From Acidimicrobiales bacterium (GTDB taxonomy: Bacteria; Actinomycetota; Acidimicrobiia; Acidimicrobiales; JBBSGY01), in the NCBI GenBank assembly GCA_044220495.1, contig JBGAQY010000014.1, positions 1,165 through 65,164 of the forward strand: a stretch of 64,000 nt of DNA, read 5' to 3'. A model generated the notes under the pieces. That model saw only the letters and a list, made by a program, of their open reading frames with translations. It did not search any database and had not been told where the DNA came from. Every line of letters begins with the position of its first letter. The first letter of the stretch is position 1. Position numbers and translations under genes: made by a program. Positions 47,613 through 57,589 of the stretch are shown in pieces.

Positions 47613-49253
47613 CTAAAGCCCGTGGTCTAGTCCACGGCCGTCGCCTCGGGGTGGCGGAAGTTGTGGCGGCCCGCTTGGCTCTCGCACATCGACTGTGCGG
47701 GTAAGCGCCGTATTCAGGTCTGACCCGAAGGGCAGCACTTCTATCCTTGAGTCGAGTGACGTTGCGCGAGAGCCCAAGATTGCCGAACGAGCCTGCACGA
47801 TGGTGTCGATCTCGTGCTGCCCCAACTGGCCGTTATCAAAGGTCGCATCGCCCAATACCTCGCACGCCGTAATGGCCATCGCAAGCGCACGCTCACGATT
47901 CTCAAGAGGCACGCCCATCAACGTTTCAGGAATGTCGAGGTGGCTGATCCCGATGAGTGACTTCAACACTCGTGGACCTCGATCGTCTTGCCGACGGCCC
48001 ATGAATTCGAATAGCGGAACGCTCTTCAGATGATCTTCAGCATTCTGAACAGTTGCACTCAGACGCGCCCAAAGCCGCAGGACATCGTCGCTGATAACCA
48101 ATGGATCACGACGAGCCACAACTCCTGACCGCTCGCCACCCGATCGCGGGTTAGTCGGCGTGGCCGCGCGAACCACGCCGCGCTGGCTCAAGGCAGCGTT
48201 CATGGCCGTCATGCCATCGCCGACTGTCTGATCGTGCTCCCACTGCGCAACCTGGTCGTGTTCATACTCGGTGATCATGCGGATCAACTGACCTTGTGCA
48301 TCCCATGACCTGACGCCAGCATCGATGTCGCTTGCGCCTGCCACCGGAAGCACCGGCGCGAGACGGTCGAGACGGGTTCGATATGGCAACTCGTAAAACG
48401 TTCTGAAGAACTCCGGTCGTGCTGGGGGTGTCTGGCCTTGGCCGTCCCACCCTTCGATTCCGTTCCATCGCGTCAGCGCAAAGTCTTGATTTACGTAACG
48501 CTCGTCCATTACGCCTTCTCGATAAACCACGAGGCGAACGCGACCGGCGTCGATGTCGCCGCCGATATACGCGATCTCACGCGCCTCTCGACCAATGACC
48601 CCCCAATCGCCAGTTGACTGGGCGGTTTCAAGGCCAACGTAACGCCGTGCTTCTGCGTCGTAACGCACCGGCAAGCCGACGTGGAAGTTGCCCAAGCGAT
48701 CTACGCCGGCGCGCACACGAACGCCGGCGCGTCCAGCCGGAAGAATGGGAGGCATGTTCGGACCCAATGGGCCGTGCATGTCGCGCAACACAGACTCTGC
48801 GGCGTAACGCCTCAACAGCGCATCGGAGTAAACAACGCCATAAAGATCACAGTCGTCTGGGTGAAGTAGACCGACTTGGCCTTCGATCGGACGGCCCGTC
48901 ACCTGGTTCAAAAACGGTGTACGGACGGTAATGGCGTCGATATCTTCGGCAGAGAATCGCCAAACGTCGTCTGGGGTGCCGATGCGCGGATCGTTCGGAG
49001 AGACACCATTTTGATCGGCGAAAAAGTAGAAGCCTTTGTCTTCGCCCGGAACGCCGTAACTTTCAGGATTGCGAACAACAAGGCCAGCAAAAATAATGCC
49101 GCTCTTGTGCTGGACAGCGGCGACCAACGCGCCTTGCGACATACCGGGCCGAAACGGAATTGTCGGCGTGCCAAGCGTTCGGTTGTGGGGGTCATCGTCG
49201 AACGGACTCATCATGCCCCTGAGGGCAACCGGTCCGCGTTTATTGCTAGCCAT
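47613..49253 (-). CDS. Hypothetical protein, 546 aa, no recognisable family
   Basis: Long ORF with coding-like composition, co-oriented between nusB and pyrR. No TM segment or signal peptide. No motif I can name. Confidence 0.6.
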   Translation of the reverse strand: MASNKRGPVALRGMMSPFDDDPHNRTLGTPTIPFRPGMSQGALVAAVQHKSGIIFAGLVVRNPESYGVPGEDKGFYFFADQNGVSPNDPRIGTPDDVWRFSAEDIDAITVRTPFLNQVTGRPIEGQVGLLHPDDCDLYGVVYSDALLRRYAAESVLRDMHGPLGPNMPPILPAGRAGVRVRAGVDRLGNFHVGLPVRYDAEARRYVGLETAQSTGDWGVIGREAREIAYIGGDIDAGRVRLVVYREGVMDERYVNQDFALTRWNGIEGWDGQGQTPPARPEFFRTFYELPYRTRLDRLAPVLPVAGASDIDAGVRSWDAQGQLIRMITEYEHDQVAQWEHDQTVGDGMTAMNAALSQRGVVRAATPTNPRSGGERSGVVARRDPLVISDDVLRLWARLSATVQNAEDHLKSVPLFEFMGRRQDDRGPRVLKSLIGISHLDIPETLMGVPLENRERALAMAITACEVLGDATFDNGQLGQHEIDTIVQARSAILGSRATSLDSRIEVLPFGSDLNTALTRTVDVREPSGPPQLPPPRGDGRGLDHGL

Positions 49254-49321
49254 GAAAGTCCTGGGTCGAGAAGCCCTTCACATTGGCCGCCCAGTCACCG
49301 CAAAACAAATGCCGATTCACG

Positions 49322-49747
49322 TCATGAACTGGAAGCAGAGGGCCGCAACTCTTGCGCCATCGCCGAGAGCACGCCGTTGACAAACTTGCCCGAATCATCA
49401 GTCGAAAATCGCTTCGCAAGCTCGACCGCTTCGGAAATGATCACAGCTATTGGTAAAGCCGGGCGCTCAGTGATCTCCCACGCAGCCATCTGCAAAACCA
49501 AACGATCGACTGTCGCCATGCGCTCGATCGTCCAGTCGATGGCGTAACGCTCGATCATGCCGTCGAGTTCGTCGGCGCGTTCACTCACCCCGGTAAACAA
49601 CTCAACGACAAACTCAGACGGAGGCACGGGCAGGTTCTCGAGAACCACGCTCGCCGCTTCATCTTTCATCTCTGCTTCGTAGAGCAGGGTCAGAACTCGC
49701 TCGCGCTCTAGACGCCGAACATTCTCTTGCATTGAGGTCAGACTCAA
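49322..49747 (-). CDS. nusB: Transcription antitermination factor NusB
   Basis: 141 aa. RERVLTLLYEAEM...W.ERPALPIAVIISEAVELAKRFS. Located in the efp-nusB context. Confidence 0.9.
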   Translation of the reverse strand: MSLTSMQENVRRLERERVLTLLYEAEMKDEAASVVLENLPVPPSEFVVELFTGVSERADELDGMIERYAIDWTIERMATVDRLVLQMAAWEITERPALPIAVIISEAVELAKRFSTDDSGKFVNGVLSAMAQELRPSASSS

Positions 49748-50307
49748 ACGCGAGTCAGGTATTCACCTGAGCGCGTGTCGACTTTGATGCGGTCGCCTTG
49801 ATTCACGAACAACGGAACTTGCACAACGACGCCGGTTTCAAGTGTCGCTGGCTTGAGTGCACCCGACACGCGATCACCTTGAACGCCTGGCTCGGTCTCG
49901 GTGACTTCGAGCTCGACCGACGCCGGCAAGTCGACACCCACAATCTCTTCACCAAAGAACTGAATGACCGCCGAATCGTTCTCTTTCAAGTAGTTGGTCG
50001 CATCACCGAGAGAATCTTGCGCGATGTTGAGCTGATCGAAGCTGGTGCTGTCCATAAACACGTATTCGCTGCCGTCGCGATACAAGAACTGCATCTCGCG
50101 TTTGTCGATAACGGCTTGCTCGAGTTTCTCGTCGGCGCGGTAAGTCTTTTCGAGTTGACGACCGCTGCGGACGTTACGCAACTTCGTGCGCACAAAAGCA
50201 GGACCCTTGCCCGGCTTGACGTGCTGAAACTCAACGACGGTAAAAAGCCCCTCGGGCAGCGCCAGGCTCATGCCATTTTTTAGATCGTTCGTTGAAACAG
50301 ATGCCAT
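49744..50307 (-). CDS. efp: Elongation factor P
   Basis: STNDLKNGMSL...FQHVKPGKGPAFVRTKLRN. Confidence 0.96.
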   Translation of the reverse strand: MASVSTNDLKNGMSLALPEGLFTVVEFQHVKPGKGPAFVRTKLRNVRSGRQLEKTYRADEKLEQAVIDKREMQFLYRDGSEYVFMDSTSFDQLNIAQDSLGDATNYLKENDSAVIQFFGEEIVGVDLPASVELEVTETEPGVQGDRVSGALKPATLETGVVVQVPLFVNQGDRIKVDTRSGEYLTRV

Positions 50308-50381
50308 GGTGCGTGATCAGACTTTCTCGGCGACAGTGCGTGGTTCGGACGACGCAACAAACTACTGGACGGAGTGGTCGC

Positions 50382-51494
50382 TCAAACCACGACCAAGTCT
50401 TTTGGAGCGTTGGTCAGGGGGTAACTGCCAGCATCGGTGACGACAACTGTGTCTTCGATGCGCACACCGCCGTGTTCGGCCAAGTAAACCCCGGGCTCGA
50501 CGGTGACCACCTGATTGGCGACGAGGCTATCAGTCACAGACCCAGCCACAGCCGGGGCCTCGTGGATGTCTAGACCTACACCGTGACCAGTTGAGTGGCT
50601 GAACGCGTCGCCCCAACCTGCTTCGTCGATGATCTTCCGACAGATGTCATCGACTTCGGCGCAAGTTACCCCCGCCTTTACCGCCGCAACTCCCGCTGCC
50701 TGGCTTTGAGCAACGACGTCAACCATCTTTTTCTGAGTATCTGACGTCGGCCCATCGACACAGAACGTGCGCGTCATGTCTGAGTGGTATCCGTCGACAA
50801 GTGCCCCAAAGTCGACGACGACCAATTCGCCGGGCTCAATCATGCGCTCTGACGGTGAGTGGTGAGCCTTTGCTCCGTTTGGCCCCGACGCGACAATCGT
50901 TTCAAAACTCACGTCGTCAGCGCCAAAGCGTCGCATCTCAAAGTCGAGTGCGAGAGCAAAGGCCGCCTCGGTTGGCCGGTCGAGCAACATTGGCAACACT
51001 GTTGCAAGGGCCACATCGGCAACACGTGCTGCTTCAGCGAGGCGATCTAACTCGCCGACGTCTTTAACTTTGCGAAGCTCTTCTACGGCTTCACGAGTAG
51101 GCACTAGTTCGTTGTCGCTAAACCAGTCAGACTCGAACGTGCGCTGCTGTGACCAAGTCACGTTTGTCGCCTCAAGCCCCAAGCGCTTGTTGGCACTTGC
51201 GAGTTTGGCCAACGCCTCTTTCTGCTTGGCGTATCCGCCCACAACGATCTCGGCCTGCACACCGGCAGCCGACAACTGTTGGTCGGCTTGAATGCCGTAG
51301 CGACCGTCGGTCGTGAACACGACCTCGTCGGGCGTCACCAAAACGAACGCAGCGGATCCCGAAAAGCCAGTTAGGTAGCGGACGTTCACGAGGTTTGTCA
51401 CCAGCAGCGCATCGCACTCGTGAGAATCAAAAGAACTACGTAGCTTCTCGAGCCGAGAAGCTACGTTCATGGGTCTAAAGCTGTGTGGGGCCAT
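50382..51494 (-). CDS. pepQ: Xaa-Pro aminopeptidase / dipeptidase (M24B family)
   Basis: DFGALVDGYHSDMTRT, HSTGHGVGLDIHE, VEPGVY. Confidence 0.9.
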   Translation of the reverse strand: MAPHSFRPMNVASRLEKLRSSFDSHECDALLVTNLVNVRYLTGFSGSAAFVLVTPDEVVFTTDGRYGIQADQQLSAAGVQAEIVVGGYAKQKEALAKLASANKRLGLEATNVTWSQQRTFESDWFSDNELVPTREAVEELRKVKDVGELDRLAEAARVADVALATVLPMLLDRPTEAAFALALDFEMRRFGADDVSFETIVASGPNGAKAHHSPSERMIEPGELVVVDFGALVDGYHSDMTRTFCVDGPTSDTQKKMVDVVAQSQAAGVAAVKAGVTCAEVDDICRKIIDEAGWGDAFSHSTGHGVGLDIHEAPAVAGSVTDSLVANQVVTVEPGVYLAEHGGVRIEDTVVVTDAGSYPLTNAPKDLVVV

Positions 51495-51506
51495 CGCCCC
51501 GCGAGC

Positions 51507-53579
51507 CTAAGCCAAGTCGGGGCCAGAACTGCGGCGAGACGTTGACTCGGCCAAATCAGGTGTCGACACAGGCTGCACGTACACATCCGTGTTCCGCGCT
51601 TCGGCTCCAGGCACATTGCCGTCGATCGACGAGTAAACAACCTGCTCGGCGCCGCGCGATCCGTTGTCGGCCGAGTAGACGCGAGGCTCGACGCTGCCGC
51701 GGCTGGCTTCTGATCCGAAATCGTCGTCAAAGGCTTTGTCGACCACGCTGCCTGCTCGTAGATACGCTGTCTTCGATTCGGCGCCATCGAGGACTGGCTC
51801 AATTGCAGAGGCATCAACCGCATTGCCCGTCGCACGCCGCATGGCCTCATGTGTGACCGAGAGTGCAACGGCAGCAGGGTTGTCGAGCTTGACCCCCGAG
51901 TCGTGCTCGTGCTGACGGAGACGACTGGCAACGTGGATTACCGAAAAGGCGGCGACACGACCGTTTTCGCTGAGCTTGCCGTCAGCGCTTGGCGTGATCA
52001 CTTTCTCAATTTCAGGCAACAGACTGTCAGCGCGCTCTGCGCCGACAGTCAACCCGACAAGACTGACCGCGTTAGCAGCTTGTGCTGCCAACTCCGCGTC
52101 GGGCGTATTGTCTTTGCGGAAACGCTGCGACAGGCCCTCAACAAGCGGCCTGAAATTAGCGCCGCGATCTGGCTGCTCATTTTGTGGACCCTGAGCCTGC
52201 GCCGACGGACCAGCAGGCGTCTGTTCTGGACCTTGTTGCTCGGGGCCTGTGGCCTGCTGCTGTTCCTGCACAGGACCCGGCGTCGGCGTTTGTGCGCCAT
52301 CACCCAACGCTTGACCTTGCTGCAGGCCGGCGGCATCGCGCGCTGTGAGACCCTCGCCGGGCAAGTCTTGACCGGCGCGAACTTCGCGAGCCCTGTCGCG
52401 GACAACACCGGCCTCTTGATCTTTTTGCGTGAGGCGCAAGTAAGTGTCGATTGCCTCTTTGCCGCCTTGGTACATCTTGTAAGCGCCGTAAGCGTAAGCA
52501 GCCAAGAACGGGTTGATGATGAAAGCACCCCAAAACAAGAGCTTCTTCGATTTATTGAATGCGCCGCCGGCAAAGATCTTTGCCTTGTTCCATTGCTGAC
52601 CCAAGAACTGCTTGCGTTCGTCGCGACCTTGCTGCTTGAGAGCGTCGGCCTGTTCGTCAAGTTCCCGCGCTCGCGCTTCGATGCTTGAGTTGATGCCCTC
52701 GCGGAACGTGTTGACTCGCTGAGCAAGGCGTTCGGCCGACTGACGAGGACCGAAATCTGCCGGCACGCTGTCGGAAAGTCCGGCATCGCCAAGAGCTGAT
52801 TGCTGAGCCAGTGCGGGAGCTGCTGGAGGATCGGGCAATTGAAAGCCACGAGCAGGCGTGTCATTTGTCGTCGCCTGAGCTGGAGGGTCATTGCTGACAG
52901 ACGAGGCGGAGTCGACGGCCGAAACGCCATCGAGTTCGTTGACCGACTTCATGAGAATGGGGTGTCCGCCACGGATGCGATCGATCGGACCAATCACACC
53001 GCGCTCTTCAAGTTGGTCGCGAAGTTCGAATGCTCGAGCGAAGTTGATGTCGCCAAAGTGAGCGTGAATGCCGTTTGCATTGGGCTCGACGCGACCTTCG
53101 ATGATTCCGGCAGCAAGCCCACGAAAGGCCGTTTCTTCAGGGCTGAGTTGCTGGGCTGGCTGAGGAGCAGGAGCGGCCGGCGGAGGTGGTGTCGGTTCGG
53201 CGACGGGGGCCTGAGAAACCGATGGGGGCTCTGGCAAGGGCTGTGGTGTCTGCACAACTGGGGCTGGTGTCTGCACGACCGGGGTTGGCTGTGGCGTCGG
53301 GGGTGGAGCGTAGGACGGTATCGGCATGCCGGGCTTAAGAAGAACGGGACGGCGACCGTTTTGTTGGGCGGCGCCAACGACACCCAATCGCTCGAGGTCT
53401 GACACGACCTGCTCGGCAATACCTCGATTCAGGCGAAGCTTTTGCTCCATAAGACGGACCGATGCCCCGTTTGCCTGTCGGGCGGCGTCGACGGCTGCGT
53501 AGTAGAGAACGTCATAACCGAGGGGCGGGGCAGCCGGCGTTTGTTGAGGGTTGCCAGGGCGGGGTGAAGCGTCAGCCAT
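51507..53579 (-). CDS. Hypothetical protein with two FtsK-gamma-like winged-helix domains, Pro-rich linker, one predicted TM helix and long C-terminal region
   Basis: aa 21-82, DVLYYAAVDAARQANGASVRLMEQKLRLNRGIAEQVVSDLERLGVVG...RRPVLL, follows the FtsK gamma pattern (LY..AV...ASIS.LQR.LRIGYNRAAR.I..ME..GIVG...R.VL). A second, weaker copy lies near aa 160-215. The TM candidate is LLFWGAFIINPFLAAYAYGAY. No ATPase motifs. Confidence 0.6.
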   Translation of the reverse strand: MADASPRPGNPQQTPAAPPLGYDVLYYAAVDAARQANGASVRLMEQKLRLNRGIAEQVVSDLERLGVVGAAQQNGRRPVLLKPGMPIPSYAPPPTPQPTPVVQTPAPVVQTPQPLPEPPSVSQAPVAEPTPPPPAAPAPQPAQQLSPEETAFRGLAAGIIEGRVEPNANGIHAHFGDINFARAFELRDQLEERGVIGPIDRIRGGHPILMKSVNELDGVSAVDSASSVSNDPPAQATTNDTPARGFQLPDPPAAPALAQQSALGDAGLSDSVPADFGPRQSAERLAQRVNTFREGINSSIEARARELDEQADALKQQGRDERKQFLGQQWNKAKIFAGGAFNKSKKLLFWGAFIINPFLAAYAYGAYKMYQGGKEAIDTYLRLTQKDQEAGVVRDRAREVRAGQDLPGEGLTARDAAGLQQGQALGDGAQTPTPGPVQEQQQATGPEQQGPEQTPAGPSAQAQGPQNEQPDRGANFRPLVEGLSQRFRKDNTPDAELAAQAANAVSLVGLTVGAERADSLLPEIEKVITPSADGKLSENGRVAAFSVIHVASRLRQHEHDSGVKLDNPAAVALSVTHEAMRRATGNAVDASAIEPVLDGAESKTAYLRAGSVVDKAFDDDFGSEASRGSVEPRVYSADNGSRGAEQVVYSSIDGNVPGAEARNTDVYVQPVSTPDLAESTSRRSSGPDLA
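53244..53285. repeat. 21-bp tandem duplication (2 units, 18/21 identical) inside the 690-aa gene
   Basis: Units tggtgtctgcacaactggggc and tggtgtctgcacgaccggggt. They encode PVVQTPA / PVVQTPQ in the Pro-rich linker. Confidence 0.75.
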
Positions 53580-53610
53580 GAGCCATTATCGCTGTTAGCG
53601 GTCATGCCGT

Positions 53611-54060
53611 TCAAGCTGAGAGCTGTTTTATTACTGCCTGAATTGCCAGCTCATAGCCATATCCGCCAAGCCCCACGATGGTTGCAGAAGCAACGGGTGA
53701 AACCACCGATGTGTGGCGCCACGACTCTCGAGCATTCGGATTCGACAAGTGGACTTCGACGACCATTGCGTCAAAGGCAGCGAGGGCGTCATGGATCGCC
53801 CACGAGTAATGCGTAAAGGCACCCGGATTGATCACGATCGCGGCCGCTCGGCCCCGGGCTCCGTGGATTGCGTCGACCAACTCGGCCTCTGAATTCGACT
53901 GCAGATGCTCGACTTGGAGCCCGGCCGACGCGGCAACTTTCGCAGCCGCTGAGACGTGGTCGTCGAGTGTTGCCGAGCCGTAGATCTCTGGCTCGCGCGT
54001 GCCGAGCAGATTCAGATTCGGGCCTGACAGAAGAAGCACTAAAGGTTCAGACATCGGCAC
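53611..54060 (-). CDS. aroQ: 3-dehydroquinate dehydratase, type II
   Basis: LLLSGPNLNLLGTREPEIYG and HLSN motifs. Confidence 0.94.
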   Translation of the reverse strand: MPMSEPLVLLLSGPNLNLLGTREPEIYGSATLDDHVSAAAKVAASAGLQVEHLQSNSEAELVDAIHGARGRAAAIVINPGAFTHYSWAIHDALAAFDAMVVEVHLSNPNARESWRHTSVVSPVASATIVGLGGYGYELAIQAVIKQLSA

Positions 54061-55087
54061 CGCTCAGTTCGGCCATGCCGACAAGGACTCGTTTCACCTG
54101 TTCAGATGGCACTTTCGTGACCACCTCAGGCCCGTCGGGGCCGTCGAGAACGAACGTCAGCCCGCTGAGCGCCTTCTTGTCTCGCGCCATCAGGTCGATC
54201 AACTGATCGGGGTTGGCAGCCGCCGGCAACATCATGGGTAAACCGTAGAGCTCCAACACCCGGCGGTGGTGGTCTACTCGCGCCTGGTTAATTCGGCCGA
54301 GACTTTGCGCGAGTAGTGCTGCGAAGTGAATGCCGATAGCGACCGCTTCGCCGTGACGTAAGTCGAACTTCTCGGCGATCTCGAGCGCGTGGCCGAGCGT
54401 GTGCCCGTAGTTGAGAATCGCACGCACACCGCCCTCACGCTCGTCAGCTGCGACCACCAGCGCCTTGAGTTCGACACAACGCGCAACGCGCTCGTCGAGC
54501 GGCAGGTCTTGCAAGCTGTCGGTGTCTATGCCGACTGGTTTGCCGAGAAAGTGATATTTGGCCATCTCGCCGGTGCCACTCAAGTACTCACGCGGTGGAA
54601 GGCTTTGCAGAAGTTCCGTGTCGCAAACAACGGCTGTCGGCTGCCAAAACGCGCCAACAAGGTTTTTACCTTCGGGCAGATTGGCGCCCGTCTTGCCGCC
54701 AATCGCGGCATCAACCTGACCAAGCAGAGTTGTCGCGACATGAATGACTGGAACACCGCGGTGGTAGATCGCTGCTGCAAATCCAGCAAGGTCTGTGACG
54801 AGCCCGCCGCCGACGGCGACTACGCAGTCTTTGCGAGTCAAGCCCATTGCTACGAATCCACGGCAAAGATCTTCAACGGTCTCGAGCGACTTCGCTTGCT
54901 CGCCTTCGCCGATTACGAACTTCTGAAAGTCAACGCCCGGATCAACATCAATGTCGATGCCTTCTTGAGTTACGACAGCAGCGCGCTGCGCACCCACGGG
55001 TAAGAGCTCGGTGAGACGATGACGCGCACCAGCACCGACCAAGACCGGATAGGAGCGGTCGCCTAGGTCGACTGAAACTTCGATCAC
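54047..55087 (-). CDS. aroB: 3-dehydroquinate synthase
   Basis: VAVGGGLVTDLAGFAAA, NYGHTLGHALE. Confidence 0.94.
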   Translation of the reverse strand: MIEVSVDLGDRSYPVLVGAGARHRLTELLPVGAQRAAVVTQEGIDIDVDPGVDFQKFVIGEGEQAKSLETVEDLCRGFVAMGLTRKDCVVAVGGGLVTDLAGFAAAIYHRGVPVIHVATTLLGQVDAAIGGKTGANLPEGKNLVGAFWQPTAVVCDTELLQSLPPREYLSGTGEMAKYHFLGKPVGIDTDSLQDLPLDERVARCVELKALVVAADEREGGVRAILNYGHTLGHALEIAEKFDLRHGEAVAIGIHFAALLAQSLGRINQARVDHHRRVLELYGLPMMLPAAANPDQLIDLMARDKKALSGLTFVLDGPDGPEVVTKVPSEQVKRVLVGMAELSGADV

Positions 55088-55605
55088 GCAATGTTCTCCA
55101 TGATTGTGTTTGCGATGTCGGCGGGTGAACGACCATCGACATCGACGATCTCATCAGCTAGTGACTCGTATATCGGTTCGCGCACTTCGTAGAGCGCCCG
55201 CATAGAGCCATCGGGATCGTTGCTAATCATTGGACGATCAAGGTGTCGACGCTTTACTCGTTCGATCAACGTCTCAATAGGTGCACGGAGCCAGACAACG
55301 TGGGCTTGCTTCAAACGCATGCGCGTTTCTTCACGCAGCACTGCTCCCCCAGCGACACCAATCACCGCCGGTCGCTCGGCATCGAGAGCTTCACGCACAA
55401 CCTCAGATTCCCACTCGCGAAACGCTTCTTCGCCGAAGTCGCGAAAGATTTGTGCAACCGATCGACCGACACGCTCTTCGATTTCGGCGTCACTGTCGAG
55501 AAACTCGCGATTGAGCTCGCGCGCCAACACGCGACCAACCGTGCTCTTGCCGGAGCCCATCATGCCTATAAGGGCAAGCGGTTTCTCACCCATAACATCA
55601 GACAC
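55084..55605 (-). CDS. aroK: Shikimate kinase
   Basis: P-loop GMMGSGKSTVG. Confidence 0.9.
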   Translation of the reverse strand: MSDVMGEKPLALIGMMGSGKSTVGRVLARELNREFLDSDAEIEERVGRSVAQIFRDFGEEAFREWESEVVREALDAERPAVIGVAGGAVLREETRMRLKQAHVVWLRAPIETLIERVKRRHLDRPMISNDPDGSMRALYEVREPIYESLADEIVDVDGRSPADIANTIMENIA

Positions 55606-56770
55606 CGCCGATGCCGTCTTTCAACGATTGGTTGTAGGAATCGCGATTGCGAAGAAGCTCTCCGAGCGAATCGCCGCCGAACTTTCGCAGAGATTCAGTT
55701 GCGAGTACGAGGGCGACCATTGTTTCGGCGACAACACCCATTGCCGGTACGGCCGTGACATCGGTTCGTTCGCGGAACGACACGGTCGACTCTTTTGTGA
55801 CCGTGTCGACGGTGCCCAGCACAGGACGGCTAAGGGTTGCCAACGGTTTCATCCACACACGCGCTGACAACAACGCGCCTGTTGAGATACCGCCTTCGAC
55901 GCCACCGGCCAACGAGGTGTTGCGTTCGTAGGCATTGGCCGTCTCATTCCACGAGATTGCATCGTGACCCTCTGAGCCACGTTTCGACGCAACACTGATG
56001 CCGTCACCAATTTCAACGGCCTTGATGGCTTGAATACTCATCAACGCTTGGGCCAGTAATGCGTCAAGTTTGCGATCCCAATGCACGTGGCTACCAAGAC
56101 CGACAGGCACGCCGTAGGCAAGCACCTCGGCAGTACCGCCAAGTGAGTCGCCGACTTTCGCGGCTGCTTTGATCTGCTCAACCATCGCTGCCTCAGCGTC
56201 GGGATCAAAGCAGCGAACAGATGACTCGTCGACGCGATCTAAGTCGGCTGCTGTTGGCCGCAACCCGTTTGTTGCTTTGGCCTCGCCCATCTGCACGACG
56301 TGGCTAACGATGTCTACGCCCAGTTCGCGCAGCAACACTTTTGCGCACGCACCAGCAGCTACACGAGCGGCGGTCTCGCGCGCCGACGCGCGTTCGAGTA
56401 CATCGCGCGCGTCGCGAAGGCCGTACTTCTGCATGCCGGCAAGATCGGCGTGACCCGGACGCGGTTGGCTCAGCGGCTTCTCAGTTGCACCGGGCGCTGG
56501 TGACATTTCTTGCTGCCACTTAGGCCACTCGGTGTTGCCAATGGTGATGGCAACGGGCGAACCCAACGTCTTGCCGTGACGAATACCGCCAAGCAATGTG
56601 ACTTCGTCTTGTTCGAATCGCATGCGCGGACCTCGTCCGTAGCCGAGTCGGCGGCGAGACAACTCTGATTGCACGTCTTCGATGGTTATAGGCAAGCCAG
56701 CCGGCAGACCTTCGACGATTACGACGAGGCCTTGTCCGTGTGATTCGCCCGCAGTTAGGTAGCGCAGCAC
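55598..56770 (-). CDS. aroC: Chorismate synthase
   Basis: From GTG 56770: VLRYLTAGESHGQGLVVIVEG. The 46-aa extension in the track was rejected because it overlaps the upstream gene. Confidence 0.95.
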   Translation of the reverse strand: MLRYLTAGESHGQGLVVIVEGLPAGLPITIEDVQSELSRRRLGYGRGPRMRFEQDEVTLLGGIRHGKTLGSPVAITIGNTEWPKWQQEMSPAPGATEKPLSQPRPGHADLAGMQKYGLRDARDVLERASARETAARVAAGACAKVLLRELGVDIVSHVVQMGEAKATNGLRPTAADLDRVDESSVRCFDPDAEAAMVEQIKAAAKVGDSLGGTAEVLAYGVPVGLGSHVHWDRKLDALLAQALMSIQAIKAVEIGDGISVASKRGSEGHDAISWNETANAYERNTSLAGGVEGGISTGALLSARVWMKPLATLSRPVLGTVDTVTKESTVSFRERTDVTAVPAMGVVAETMVALVLATESLRKFGGDSLGELLRNRDSYNQSLKDGIGGV

Positions 56771-56801
56771 AGGCGAACTGTAGTTGGAGTTCGCGTCGCG
56801 A

Positions 56802-57578
56802 TTAGCTCGATCCGCCGAGGGATGACGCGAAGAACGAGCTGAATAGCACCGAAAGTGACGCCCCAGCAGCCAAGAAGGGGCCGAACGGAATGGCATCTTT
56901 GCGACCACGCAATCGCAGGATCATCAACACCACACCCACGACGGCACCGATCATCAGCCCGAACAAGAGCGACAACACGACGTTGCCGTATCCGATCCAT
57001 CCGGTGAGCAGACCAACAAGCAACGACAGCCTGACATCACCAAAACCCATGCCGCGCGGATAGATGAACCACACGACGAAGAAGAACAGCCAGGCAGCAA
57101 ACATGCCGATGATCGCTTGGCCCAGCATCTCGTATGCACCGTCGATTAGAGCGGCAAGCGCGAGAAGCACGGCGCAACACAAAACGGAGGGATACACGAT
57201 CCGCGTCGGAATTATGTAATGCCGGTAATCGACGATCGTGATTACCAGTAGCGCTGTAAAGAAAACTAGATACGCCGGCAGTGCCCATGCGAGGCCAAGT
57301 CTGAGGCCGGCGAGGCCAAGCAACAGCATTGCCGCTATCTCGAGCTTTGGCGAGTCAGGCCAAAGCGCCTGCTGACACGTTCGACAAGCACCGCGCCGAC
57401 GGATCGTTGCTAGCAACGCAATGCGTTGATCTCGCTCTGCCGACGTGCCGCATGTGTTGCAGTGGATCGGAACGCGACGAAGACTCTGATGAATTGGGCT
57501 TCGCATGACCAAGATGTGCAGCAACGACCCAACGAGCAGGCCGAGCAAACCACACAACACCGCAGCGAGGATGTCCAT
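56802..57578 (-). CDS. Prepilin peptidase (A24 family)
   Basis: Polytopic membrane protein. Zinc-ribbon-like CNTC...CRTC loop, GFGDVRL and IPFGPFL motifs. ATG 57578 lies after the aroE stop. Confidence 0.8.
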   Translation of the reverse strand: MDILAAVLCGLLGLLVGSLLHILVMRSPIHQSLRRVPIHCNTCGTSAERDQRIALLATIRRRGACRTCQQALWPDSPKLEIAAMLLLGLAGLRLGLAWALPAYLVFFTALLVITIVDYRHYIIPTRIVYPSVLCCAVLLALAALIDGAYEMLGQAIIGMFAAWLFFFVVWFIYPRGMGFGDVRLSLLVGLLTGWIGYGNVVLSLLFGLMIGAVVGVVLMILRLRGRKDAIPFGPFLAAGASLSVLFSSFFASSLGGSS

Positions 57579-57589
57579 AACTCGGGAGG

